A stretch of DNA of 64,000 nt, from positions 244,032,001 through 244,096,000 of the forward strand of contig OZ024742.1 of assembly GCA_964016885.1 (NCBI GenBank), read 5' to 3'. A program made the position numbers and the translations under genes. Positions 51,211 through 64,000 of the stretch are shown here, piece by piece (within the stretch, counting starts at the first letter, position 1; the number at the start of each line of letters is the position of its first letter). This DNA comes from Eledone cirrhosa. Lineage: Eukaryota. The notes below the pieces were generated by a model. The model had not been told where the DNA came from, searched no databases, and saw only the letters and a program-made list of their open reading frames with translations.

Positions 51211-53144
51211 AAATTGGCTGCCCTAAAGTGTACAGTGAGATATGAAAATTCAAATAGATAGACTACAGAATATTCACACTTCAGATATTGTTATACTCCA
51301 TAAAGGTGAAAGAATGTGTTGATTAATATATGCTGCTTGCTTGTTTGATAATAGGGTGGTAGACAAGAGAATTTGGAAATGCCTTAAAGTTGTTATCACT
51401 CCAGTTGTTATAGGAACCTTAGTTTATTGACCCCAGGAGGATGAAAGAAAAAGTTGACCTTGGTTAGATTTGAACTCAGAATGTAAAGTGCCATAAATAA
51501 ATGCTGCAATGTATTTTATCCGACACCCTAACAGCATTAGAAATGATGATAATGATAATTTTGGTAATAAGAATACTAATCTAGCAGATGTATTTAAGAT
51601 TGTCAAAATTCATTAGCATATAGTCCCAATATTATTTTATTGAAAAGCTTTATTTGATTTTGGTACATTAAAGCAAACAGTTTGCAGTGATAGAAAATAT
51701 GTGTTAATATCTATTATATCTAAAGGCAGAATTAGTAGAGTGCCAGGCATTGTGTTTTCTTGTATTTAGTTACATACCTTTAAGTTCTGAATTTAAATAC
51801 CATCAGAGTTGACATTGTCTTTTATTCTGCTAGAGTCATTGAAATAAGCACTAGTCAAATTGGAGTCAATTGAATTGACTGTAGCCTTGTATCAATATCA
51901 AAAATCAATATTTATTACATCTACCGTATTCTTTGAAATTCTCGTTTATTTGTCAAAAACAAATTTGTTTGAAATTTACAAAGAATCTTAATATTTCTTT
52001 AAAATCTTGCTGTGTTAATCAAAACCATATGATCATATAGATTCATTACTGAGGAATGAGGACACAAATTATTGTAGAGAGAAAGGAGAACATACAACAG
52101 TCATACCAATCTCACAATATATGCAAATGAAGTCAACCAGCTTCAGCTGGTATTCAAAACCAGTTCATAGACTTATCTTTCTGGGATAACATTGAACAGT
52201 AAAATGCTTTAATCACGTTTCAGAATGATAGAATATAACATATACACAGCACCAACTCTTTCATTACTTCAATTCTTGTATCAAACGAACAACCTATCAA
52301 AGCCTTTCTGTCTCTCTCTCTAGGATAATTACTGTAATGTCAACACCCACTCAATTTCAGATTAAAAGATTTAAAAAGTTTATAACTTCATCTAATAACA
52401 TTTACTTCATAGTTTAATCAAAATTTGCTCCACCTATCTACCAATATGTCTCCAGCTGCCATATTTCCCAAATGTTCCTTCCTTGAGCACTACTAAACCT
52501 AATAACATTGAATGTTATCAAACACTGTACTCTGGAAATTAGATCCCATTCTCACTAAACATTTTAAACTTGTTCTTTACTTTACTCTGGAATTTCTATG
52601 TTTGAAACCCATCCTGACTCTATCTGACTTCTTTTCTTCTCATTGTTTATTCTTAACATGTTGCTGGTGCTACTGTCTCTGCTACTGCTGGTCATAGTTA
52701 TGATGGTGTATCAAAATAGAATGTTTTATTTTAATACATATTACGGCTTTAATTGCAAACATTGTATAGAAACAATCCATGAATTTAAATAAACTATCCA
52801 TTTGGGATATGCTGCAATATTGAATAAATTTCTTACGTTCTAGTCACTTTTAACTATTTTTTAAAATCCATGTCTTAATTTCTTAGAATTTGTTTAACTG
52901 TGTATGTAAAAGAACTGGCAATTTTATCCTAATTACTGTATACAAATCTGTTTTATCTCTTGTTCTCTTTGTACTGTACAGCTCTTTATATAAACATATA
53001 TAAAGTAAGCTTATCTCTTGTTGTCTACAGTAGTATCTCCATCTGTTAACATAACAACTCAAAATATGCATATGTATTTAGGAGAAACAAAGAAATGATT
53101 GCTTTTCTTAATGCCATTTCATCTTTTATAGAAGTTACCTAAAG

Positions 53145-53177
<33 letters not shown>

Positions 53178-53485
53178 GTTATTTACCTGAAGGTTTTATT
53201 TACTTCAAAGAACAAATTGCTGTGTATCTCCACTATTTAAGAAGACTTATCTTCAATGTTTGCATGTTTTCTTTTCTTATATATCCTTACCATTCCCAGA
53301 AACAGTTGTAATATTTGGAATGGTAACATATTTCAGTACCATACCAATTTCAACACCAATTCTCATATGTTCCCTGCTAATAGCCGAAGTTCTAAACCAA
53401 ATATAATAGACACTGCAGCCTGCCTCTTCCCTAAAATAGGTGCCTTCTAAATGTGATAAATATAATTTGTTGCAGTAGCCATTTA

Positions 53486-53546
<61 letters not shown>

Positions 53547-54694
53547 TGTGCGTGTGTACACAAGTATACGTTCTTTGTATCAGTGGTTTACAAACTTGAC
53601 ATTATCATAGTTATTGTATATCCACAAGTGCATAAGATATACTACTGATTCAATAAGAATAAAACGATGATGATTATGGTTATGATCGTGGTGCTGTTGG
53701 TGGCAGTGTCACTGCAGTTTTCACATTATTAGGCCAGAAATTTGTAAGGGCAGGCTGTAAGTTCATTGCATTGACCTAGTACTTGTATCTTGGAAAAATG
53801 AAAGTAAACAGAGAAGGCATGCAGAGAAAGAGAACTAAATACTGTCAGGCATTTAACTTGGTGTTATTATCCACTAATCATGATGATAATAATACAACAT
53901 AAATAGATGCAATTCAAGGTTATATGAACATCCTTGAATGTTTCTTTTTTGTTGTATGCAGGTAATCTAGTCTTCAAGTAGGTCAAGATGTAGAAAAGAA
54001 AAGCTTGAACCTAAACAAACCTACTGAGAATATGAAAACAACAAATATATTAGCTGTAATAATCTTTGCTAAACCATATAAAGTGAGGATCGCTTTGACT
54101 CACTTTCTGGAGAGAGAGAGAAAAAAAAAGGGGGGAAATGCATAAAACCTCTGTACTGTGCAATCAATATATGTACATGAAGGGAAGCTATATATCCAGT
54201 TAGCTGTCTTAAAATAGCTTTCATTCACAGTACAAAAGATCTGATAGTTTAAGCTGGTAATACAACTGATGCTCTTCTGAAAAGTAGTGATTTATCTATC
54301 TATGATGGAAATGTTGAAGAAGAAAAAGAAAGAAAGAAATTATTCATTTGTCAAGATGACAATGTGGAGATTGAAACTAGAGAAAATTGGCTTTTAAAAG
54401 ACAGAACTTTTGTTCCTTCTGACATCTGAGTTATATTTATGTGCAAAAGGTAGATTGTATATTATCAGTAAAAAAAGGAATGAAGTTAAATTGAGAAAAT
54501 AGTTAACATTTCTTTCCATGCTTCACTACACTTGGAACACTGACATTTTATTAGAATCAGTATTTTTGTTTTCTTTTCTTTTAATGTCTTTGTGGGATTG
54601 GTGTAAGTTTTAGTATCTGATAGGTACACAAAATTCATCTGAACTAATAGTTAACATCTACTGAATGATTCATATTGGAAATGATAGTATTGAA

Positions 54695-54730
<36 letters not shown>

Positions 54731-55099
54731 TAAGGAAGGTCTTTGATGTTGTAAGCAATAGAGCTAATGGCAGCATAAACATTAATCACATATGAATCAA
54801 CATTTCATATATACTAAAGATTCTAGTATATAACTGGCTGGCTTAACAGTATTATTGTATATTAAACCATGGCTTGCTATGATTGTTAACTGGAGGTAGT
54901 AGATAGATTTCTGTGGTTATGGTGAGAATGGAAGCAGTTCAGGAAAGTTTAACATAAAAATTAGGCAGTGTATCGCTTATATAAAAAGTTTGATATTTTG
55001 TGTGAAGTGGAGGTATTTAGGCAATAAAGTTTTAAATATTTCTAGTTAAAGAATGATCCACCTGGAAAAATATTGCTTATTAGGTTCGTGTTTTAACAA

Positions 55100-56766
55100 T
55101 GGACAAGATATATAACTGCAATTGAATGGACAAAAGAAAATGGTCAACAATCTCTCTAAAACTTGATTCATTTCCATAATCCTGAGCCTATCAGTTATCA
55201 ATGTGATGAAATATACTTAATGAACCTACTATTGATACTGCACAAATCCATAAAGATCCTTAGCATTTGGTTCCAAACTGATTTGAAATGGGGGAACTCA
55301 TCTTAAGCACTCACTGAAACAAATAACTTCAACATGGCATGTAATTAAAGTTATTTCAAAGAAATTCTACTGCTTAACATATAAACACTTGAGATTGTAT
55401 TATAAAGGAGTCATGAATACTCATTTTTTGTATGGCAGCTGGGTGGGGTGGTGCACAAGTAGTAGCTATCTTCAAGCTATCGATAGATTTTGTACCCAAA
55501 TTAGCAAAACTATATTGGGATGTCTAAGATCTAGTCCCAAGGTAACTGTTTTTCATGAAGTAGGATTAACCCTTACTCAATTGTTGATAGAAGTGTGTAG
55601 GAAATGTAAATTACTAAATGCTCACTTTAAATGCTAAAGAAAACAGCATGATATTTGGCTTCCTCCATAGGTAGAACAATTAATAACTCAAAAGAGGTAG
55701 CAAAAGAATTTGATAACATTATCACAGTCAATCAGTTTTAGCAACTGAGTCAGTTACACAGATGAGGCACACTCAGACAAGGGAATTGAGTGTGGAGCTC
55801 ATGATTTCACAATATCGGACTCAGAGTGGTGGGGAATTATATCCATCGAGTCAGCTAAAGAAATGCCATGGAAAAAATGGTTTTCTATTTACTGATAGTT
55901 TATCGAACCTAGAACGGTTTCAATCAAGAAAAAGGGGACGGATTAGAGATATTGAGAGTGCTCCGCTAAGAATAGATAACTATCTCTCAGAGATTAATAA
56001 ACAAATAACAGTGATTTGGAAACCAGTCCATACAGATATTAGAGGGAATAGGAAAACAAATGAATTAGCAAAGGAGAGAGTACAAAGGAAAATAATAGAT
56101 ATAGACTACATCCTAAATCTATCGCATTTAGCAAAAATAAAATTAGTCAAAGGTGGGAAAGATTTGAGGATAAGCTCTTAAATTTCAATCCTCCACTTTC
56201 TCAATCAGATTTAACAATATTTGAAACACATCAGACACCGAACAATGTTAATAAAAATGGAGAATGCTGTCTTCGAATTGGTCATATACCATTGAATTAC
56301 ATTTTATCATGAACTGGTCATAGAGAATCCCCTCTATGTTCTTGTGGTGACTTCCCAGAAACTCTTTGGCACTACTTGTTCCAATGTCTGAGAAAGAGGA
56401 CATTTTGAAGCTGATAATTAAAAAAGTACCAAGATTGAAGATACAGTATATTGTAAAAGATCTACCAATTATAAACAATCTTTGAGTATATGGAGGTTAT
56501 GAAAAGATTCAACAACAGCTTTCTTTCCATTTTTTCTTTATCTTTTTTTTTATGCTTATTTGCCTTTTCTATTTAATTTTTTTAAATTCAATTTTATTTT
56601 TTTAAATTTAAATTTTTATTTTTATATTCACTTATCCCTGTGTATCTTTTTTTTTTTTTTTTTTTTTTTTTTACTCGACTGTAAGAAGTACTAGATATTT
56701 CCCCTAATCTGTCATAACTTACTAACTCTATACGGACGTTCAAATTGATTAAATAGATGAATAAAT
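55100..56766 (+). mobile_element. Decayed RNase H-containing LINE (I/Nimb/Ingi-like group), 3' half
   Basis: Post-RT region LYYKGV....FLYGSW...AIDRF....KTILGCLRSSP...FHEVGL. RNase H motifs FLFTDSLS and VIWKPVHTDIRGNRKTNELAKE. Zn knuckle TGHRESPLCSCGDFPETLWHYLFQC at about 56310-56390. T-rich 3' UTR. Confidence 0.8.
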
Positions 56767-58489
56767 GTTGTGGGTTTAAAAAAAAAATTGATATGGACTG
56801 AAGAGGAGGTCAATCAAAGAGGAGATTTAAATGAATTGACATATATCAGTCAGAGGTGAGATATTTTTAGAAAGTAGGGATTGACCTGAGTCTGAAGATA
56901 TATTGTTAGAAAACTCCTGGTAAGTGAGACAGAAGTGTTGAATTATTTACACAGTAATAGAGATGGTATACTGTAAATGTGTACAACTCATTGAAAAATA
57001 GACTTAAAAACTGATGATGATGACAATGAAAGTTATAATCATAATTACGATACAGTATATGGTTGTCATAATTCACTAGTTATGTGTAGAGACTGTGCTT
57101 TGAAAATGTTAAATCTAATAAACTGCTAGTTTTGGCTTCTCACGTGTACCACTATTCTTTATGAAATGAACAGAGAATGTAATTAGCTTTAGCTTAAAAT
57201 TATTTCTATCAAAGCAACTCACATTTAAAATGCTCTTGGAAGATTTTAATTTTAAACCCAAATATTTTAAATACATATTTGTACTGCAGTTTTAAACTTC
57301 TTGATTATCTTCACATTAAAAATTCCTTTAGAATTCATGTTCAACTATGATCATTATGAACTATTGAATTTTAAATTCATCCGATTTGTAATTTTCCAAA
57401 ATCTGTTAAATTTTAGAATTTCAGAGAGTGCATCTATAAATATGTAATGCCCCACTTCCTAAAAAGTGTTATGTTGTAATAAAATCAAAATTGTCCAAAA
57501 CAGAAAGAAGGAATTATGCAGTTTTGTAATACAAAGAAATATTTACATTGCTTAATAAAATAAATTTATTATTACTAAATAGAAAACATCAAACATTGAT
57601 AGAGAAACAATGCTTTACCAGTATGGTTGCTTTAAAAACAAATCAAATGAATTAAAATTCGATGCGAAATGTTGACTTCTTGATATTAAAAGAAAAGATG
57701 GGAAAAAATTTAAATAATCAAAAGGAGAGAATTTCTCATAAATCATGAATTGCAAGTAACAGCTGAAGCCTGGTTGCTTTTCCCTGACTGAGAGAAGAAG
57801 AGAACAAAACTGGAATCTGAATGAAGAATTGCTAGCTGCAGACAAGAGAAAGATTCACTAAACATTTAACCATTATCAAGAATGTTTTGACATTCACTCA
57901 GTGATTCTCTAAATAGCTTTGTTCACCATTCTGATGTCAACCCATTGGCTAGTAGCTGTCAGCTATCATACTGATTACTATAGAAAAGGAAGAATAAATG
58001 AATAAGAAAGTAACAAACAAACCAACAACAATAACAAATAATTTAAAAAAATTCTCCCCCATCATCAACACTTCTTTCTCTCTAACAGTAGTATTACTTC
58101 TTTCTCTTCTAAACAGACTGTAGTTCTCTCTTCCCTCTTGTCTAGTGAGTCACTGTAGCAATCTGAAAGAGAAGGGAAGCTATTTGTAAAGGCAATTACA
58201 CAAACATTTCAGATGAACCCAACTACACATGAAATGATAAACACCTCCTCCTCCTCCTCTCTGTCATTCTCTCTCTCACTCTCTTTCTCTCTCTCTTTTA
58301 CTCTCACTCTCTCTCTCACCACTATTCCTCATTCTCTTCTATGCCTTTTTACCTTCTCCCCCCTCTCTCTTTCTCTCTCTCTACACACACACACACTATG
58401 CGTGTGTGGTGGGGGAGAAAGAAAGTGAAGATCAAACACATCTTGTGTGTATATAATACATACACATACAGTGAGATAAGATCAAAAAC

Positions 58490-58544
<55 letters not shown>

Positions 58545-58814
58545 CGCGCGCGCGTGCACAAGCACCAATATATACAAATGGATACAAACACTTGATCAAA
58601 TAAGCATATGCAAAAATGTATGCTCTTATCTGTGCGTGTGTTTTTTTTTTTGTACATATATGTAGAGATATGCATAGAAGTACTTCATACATATGGAAGC
58701 AATATATTTATATAAATAGGTGTGTGTGTGTGTGTGTGTGTTTTTGTGTGTGTGTGTGTGTGATACTAATAAAGATTTCTTGCAAATTTTGCAGAAGAGT
58801 ATAGGAAACTATAT

Positions 58815-60388
58815 TGATTCCAGTATCTGAATGGTACTTACTTTTTTCACCTCTTGAAGGATGTAAAGCAAAGTTGACTCTGGTGAGATTTGAACAGAGA
58901 ACATAAGCATTCTGTCTCAAAGAGAAAGTCAATTAATGAACCCCACTACTTGACTGGTACTTTATTTTATCGATTCCAGAAGGGTGAAAGTCAAAGTTGG
59001 CCTCAGGAGTATTTAAACACAGAATGTAAAGAAGAGCCACATAGCACTTTGTCTGACATTCTGATAATGGTTTCTGATTTAGGCACAAGGCCAGCAATTT
59101 GGTGGGAGGAGAAAGTTGATCAAATCGACCCCAGTGTGTTACTGGTGCTTTATTTTATCTACCCCTTAAAGATGAAAGATAAAGCTAATCTCAGCAGGAT
59201 TTGAACTCAGATTGTAAAGAGACGTAACTATATGTTACAAAGCATGTTGTCCGACGCTCTACTAATACTGCCAATTCCAATAATAATAATAATGGTTTCA
59301 GATTCAGACACAGGGTCAGCAATTTGTTTGTGGGGAGAATCAACTAAATCGACCCCAGTCTGTTACTGGTACTTTATTTTAACGGCCCCCGTAAAGATGA
59401 AAGTTAACATCGGCGGGATTTGAACTCAGAATGTAAAGGGACATAACTATATGTCACAAAGCATGTTGTCTGACGCTCTACCAATACTGCCAATCCAATA
59501 ATAATAATAATAAGAAGAAGAAGAATAAATGTTTCTATTTTTGGCACAAGGCCAGCAAGTATCCCAGTGCATTACTGGTACTTTATTTTATCGACCTCGT
59601 AAGGATGAAAAGCAAAGCTAACCGCAGGATTAGCTTTGCCTTTCATCCTATAATTTAGGCACAAGTCCAGCAATTTAAGGGGAAAAATAAGTTGATTAAA
59701 TTGACCAGATAATTTGACTGGTACTTAGTTTTATCAAGCTTGGAAGGTAGAAAGGTAAAATTGAACCCAATCGGATTTGGAAACAGAATATAAAGAGCTG
59801 TAACAAAATCTCACAAAGTATTTTGTCTGACATGGTCTTATGATTCTGTCAATCCACTACAATAATTGCTTCTACATTTGGCACAAGGCCAGCGATCTGA
59901 AGGGAAGGGAAATGTTGATTAAATTGACCCCAGTTCATTATTGGTACTTTATTTTAAGGCATAGCTAACCTCGGTTGGATTTGATCTCAGGATGCAAAGG
60001 GCCATAACTATATGCTGCAAAGAATGTTGTCCAACATTAAAACAATATGCAAATCCGCCTTCATAATAAGAATAATGATGATTTCTAATTTAGGCACAAA
60101 GCTAACAATTTGATACCAGTACTGGTACTTTATATTATTGACCTTCAAAGGATGAAAGGCAGAGTTGACCTGTGGGATTTGAATAATAATAACGACAATA
60201 ATAATTGTTTCTACTTTTGGCACAAGGCCAGCAATTATCCCAGTGTATTACTGGTACTTTATTTTATCGACCCCGTAAGGATGAAAGGCAAAGTTAACCT
60301 TGGCGGGATTTGAACTCAGATCATAAAGGGAGGTAACTCTATGCTTCAAAGCATGGCGTCCGACCCTCTACCGATACCGCCAATCATT
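58815..60388 (-). mobile_element. Head-to-tail array of about 9 family A SINE units
   Basis: Units start at about 58815, 58925, 59063, 59279, 59498, 59651, 59861, 60061 and 60186, mostly joined by (AAT)n. Each has ctggtactttattttat...gatgaaag..aaagtt.acct...ggatttgaac. Confidence 0.92.
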
Positions 60389-60449
60389 CCTATACTTTGG
60401 TCAATATTTTAAAACTGAATACTCTCTATCCCCCCCCCCCTCTCTCTCT

Positions 60450-61256
60450 ATCATCATCATCATCATCATCATTTTACATCCGCTTTTCCCTGCTCGCAAG
60501 GGTGGGACGGGTCTTATTCAGCACAGCATCTCTCCACTCGTCACGGTCCCTCGTCATCTCCACCGTGACCTTCAGCGATTGGAGGTCTGCTCTCACCACC
60601 TCCGCCCATGTTTTTCGTGGTCTACCTCTACTACGTCTTCCTTCAACTGGCATTTCTTGGCACTTCTTCACCCATCAGTCATCCTCCATGCGCATCACAT
60701 GTCCATACCACCTCAGTCTCCTTTCCCGTACACTACATTCTATTCCTCTCAGACACAGTTTCTCTCTCAACACATTCATGCTCGGTCTTTCACGCACATT
60801 GATACTGCACATCCAACGGAACATGTTTGCCTCATTTCTCTCCAGCCGTCGCATATCCTCTGCAGTTGCTGCCCATGTGTCACTACCATGCAGCATCGCG
60901 CTTGTCACACAGGCATCATATAACTGGCCTTTCGTACGCAGAGAGAAACCCTTCTTCGTCAGCAGAGGAAACAGCTCCCTAAACTTCTTCCAACCCATCC
61001 TTATTCTAGATACTATGGCCTCGGAATCCCCCCCCCCCCACCCCCCATGCTAATCTGATCACCTAGGTACCGGAAGCTATCCACCACACTATAGCACCCA
61101 CCTGCATTTGAAAAATGTGTCTATCAATGCAACTTCTACTGCCATATTCCCCTGTACATCTATTACATACGTATTTCTCCCTACCTGTTAGTTTGCCTGC
61201 TATCCCACTACATCTCTTGTGTACCCAAGATCTGCATTGCGTACATTTTATAGAAT
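60450..61256 (-). mobile_element. RTE LINE (copy 4), 5'-truncated, closely similar to copy 1
   Basis: GWKKFRELFPLL...RRLRWYGHVMRM...RGRPRKTW. (CAT)n tail at 60450-60472. Ends inside the PHD finger at a (TA)n tract. Confidence 0.95.
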
Positions 61257-61270
61257 ATATATATATATAT

Positions 61271-61340
61271 ATTCTTCTTCTTGTTCGCCCACTTATTCCT
61301 GAGAGGGCCATGGGGCAGAATCCTCTAACACTCCTTCCAG
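61271..61340 (-). mobile_element. Expander-like RTE extreme 3' end with (AAG) tail
   Basis: Reverse complement gaggattctgccccatggccctctcaggaataagtgggcgaacaagaagaag aligns with 23022-23070. Confidence 0.7.
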
Positions 61341-61840
61341 ATCTGTGAGCCAAACAAATGTCACTGCGAAACCGCTGTAGACTCTTTCAGCCTCCACCCA
61401 TTGTCCTGTCACTACAGTGCCGGCCGCCTTCCATCCCATGCTGCTCTCAACGAGATCATAAAGCATGGCTTGGTTGCTGCAGGGCTGGACCGAGGGGACG
61501 GCGAACGGACAGACGACATGACCATATTCCCGTTCTGCTGTGGCAAACTCCTCATCTGGGATGCCACATGCAAACGACACTTTCTCCAGCAGCAACCTGG
61601 TGCAGTCTGCGACTAAACCAAGCACTGCCACACTTTGGGGTGAGGAGGGTAAACTCTCCAAATATCAGTTGCTGTCTGACAGGTTTGCTGTTGAGCCTAT
61701 AGCAGTGGAGACTCCTGGTGTCCTTGGCCTTACTCACCACCATCGGCACAGAGCTGGCTACCTGCAGGTATGAGCCTCGCGAGCTGGAATGGTTCTTCGA
61801 ACATGCCTCCTCACCATCCTCCGTGGAAACACATTCTGCC
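61341..61840 (+). mobile_element. CRE-like non-LTR retrotransposon 3' fragment (CCHC knuckle plus restriction-like endonuclease)
   Basis: ICEPNKCHCETAVDSFSLHPLSCHYSAGRLPSHAALNEIIKHGL, LDRGDGERTDDMTIFPF..GKLLIWDATC, DTFSSSNL, EEGKLSKYQLLSDRFAVEPIAVETPGVLG, LTILRGN. Confidence 0.85.
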
Positions 61841-62035
61841 AGCACATGGGTGGTAAAGGCTGGCAGCGCGTGGGTGCTCATTTGTTTATAATAGTGAGAG
61901 ATGGGGAGAATGAGTGAAACATAGGTATTGAGTGAAAGATAGAGCACATCAACACTTATATACTACCGCCATAGAAACAGATAACATGAACAATTAGAAT
62001 ATAAAATACCCAAGAAAAACTTATATATATAGTTT

Positions 62036-62340
62036 CTGGATGCCCTTCCTAACACCAACCACATTTACAGTGTGGACTGGTTGCTTTTTATCGTGGCACC
62101 AAAACGACTACTTTACAAGGTGGACTGCGGGCAATAAGCACCCACTCCACACTGTAAAGTGGCCGTTTTGGTGCTGTGATAAAAAGCACTCAGGCCACAC
62201 TGTAAATGTGTTTGGCATTAGGAAGGACATCTAGCCTTTGAAACCAAGCTAGAATCAGTTTTGTATGAGCAAAACACATCTAACCCATGCTTGCTTGGAA
62301 AAATGGACATTAAACAGTAGTGATGATGAGAATGATGAAG
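62036..62340 (+). mobile_element. Family B SINE with fold-back inverted duplication of its 5' part
   Basis: The + strand body 62138-62340 ends in an RTE-type tail. 62036-62132 is its ungapped inverted copy. Confidence 0.85.
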
Positions 62341-62704
62341 GATTTATTGTTTATTCTATTGACTCTATCATCACTCTCCTCCTCCCCTCCCCTCTACTAC
62401 TTCTTCTTGGGTGGTGGTGATGGTAGTAAAAGTAAAGTTTATTTGAAGATACCTTGTAAACAAAACATATATATGTGTATATATATACATATATATATAT
62501 ATTATAGAATTTAAATGTAGATGTGAGACAAAATTATATATTTTTGAAACTTATCTTTTAATTTTTTTTAACATTCACTTTTTTTATTTCTACTCGATTA
62601 AAAACTTATGAATAAAATATATTTATTTTTATGTTCGCTTTTTATCTGTACTTGATTTTGCGATTATATACAAACATATATTCATGCATACATAGATTGA
62701 TAGC

Positions 62705-62710
62705 CACACA

Positions 62711-62744
<34 letters not shown>

Positions 62745-62747
62745 TGT

Positions 62748-62783
<36 letters not shown>

Positions 62784-62868
62784 CGTACACATACACACAC
62801 GTGTGTGTGTGTATATATATATATATATAATTACAACACACACACACATATACATGTATATATATACA

Positions 62869-62952
<84 letters not shown>
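62705..62952. repeat. Compound (CA)n/(TG)n/(TA)n microsatellite
   Basis: Direct reading. Confidence 0.95.
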
Positions 62953-62955
<3 letters not shown>

Positions 62956-63275
62956 TAAATATTCTAATCTGAGCATTTAAATATACAAAATAGACTACAT
63001 TAATATATAATATATGTCAACAATGAACCGTGTAAGGGAATCATTATAACAGTCTTATTACATTTATAATTTTAGATTTGAAATATTAAAATCTGGAAAT
63101 GAAAATATATATGTGTGTGTCTGAAATTAAAGGTTTCTCTTTATTTTCAAATTTAGTCTGAGAACTAAATCAATAAAATTGTAAGATTTCTTTAAAAGCT
63201 CTGAGGAAGAAAACAATGTTTGAAAAGGTGATACAATAGATAAATTAGTGGATATATTTACGGAATGGACTTTCT

Positions 63276-63365
<90 letters not shown>

Positions 63366-64000
63366 ACATTCCTCTCTTTCTCTGATCATGTTTATTTGAA
63401 GTTTATTTAGTTGCATCAAATGTTATCCCTACTTGTTAGATAAATATTAAAACATTACACACACACACACACACACACACAAAACTCCATTGTGTGTGTG
63501 TGCATATATATATATCTATATATATATCTAAAACATTCCACTAACACTTATATATTTCAAGTAATATTGAGACAAACTCAGCAAAGCTGAGTTTTCAAAT
63601 TTCATCTGATGAGCTTCCACCCAGTTTCTGTCAGCCCAATTTTATTTCCCGGTTTGTCGACCCTTGGCTATGATAAAATACAGGTTCCAAAGCATGTTAC
63701 TTAACAATTTAACCATGTTCACATATGATTATGATTATCACAATGACAATGATGATGATGTGTATGTGTGTGTCTGTGTATTCTCCAGGTCAAACTCATT
63801 GACTGGATTTATGACCAAAGACAACCTAGCCATCATATTCCCATCTTTTCTGGCGTCTCAGTGTGTTCTTCACATCTTTATTGTCAAACCACTAAGTTAT
63901 GGTACATAAACACAGGCATAGACATAAAATGAAAACATACACACACACACATATGCATATATGTAGTAGATTCTACGACAATGCATTGGTCAATCTGAGA

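Noticed and set aside
58815-60388. Repeat-spacer look of the SINE array and of the 53-bp repeat at 21997-22157 as a CRISPR array
   Set aside because: Units are 100-220-bp SINEs or contiguous tandem repeats with no unique spacers. No cas genes, and the context is eukaryotic.

Overview
AT-rich, repeat-dense eukaryotic genomic DNA. The SINE families, (GAT)n-tailed RTE LINEs and microsatellite density suggest an octopus or other coleoid cephalopod (inferred from memory of these repeats, not from a search). The only host coding sequence I can support is one 106-nt + strand exon (15872-15977) encoding part of the ZMIZ1/Zimp10 N-terminal domain. The rest of the window is most simply read as long ZMIZ1 introns. 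These contain a near-complete DD34D mariner nested in a TTAA-flanked MITE, four large RTE LINE copies with a PHD-type finger inside the RT region, and decayed L1/Tx1-like, RNase H-bearing and CRE-like LINE remnants. There are also about 30 SINE copies, including a 9-unit tandem array. Most worth a second look: a minimal hammerhead ribozyme in the intron's sense orientation (41603-41638), several fold-back palindromes at retroposon ends (62036-62234, 48766-48869, 59602-59649, 47637-47681), a possible internal first or cassette exon (38177-38230) and a possible recursive splice site (53961). No CRISPR array, rRNA or true tRNA gene was seen. Most listed ORFs are microsatellite or antisense-LINE artefacts. 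Boundaries of decayed repeats are approximate.
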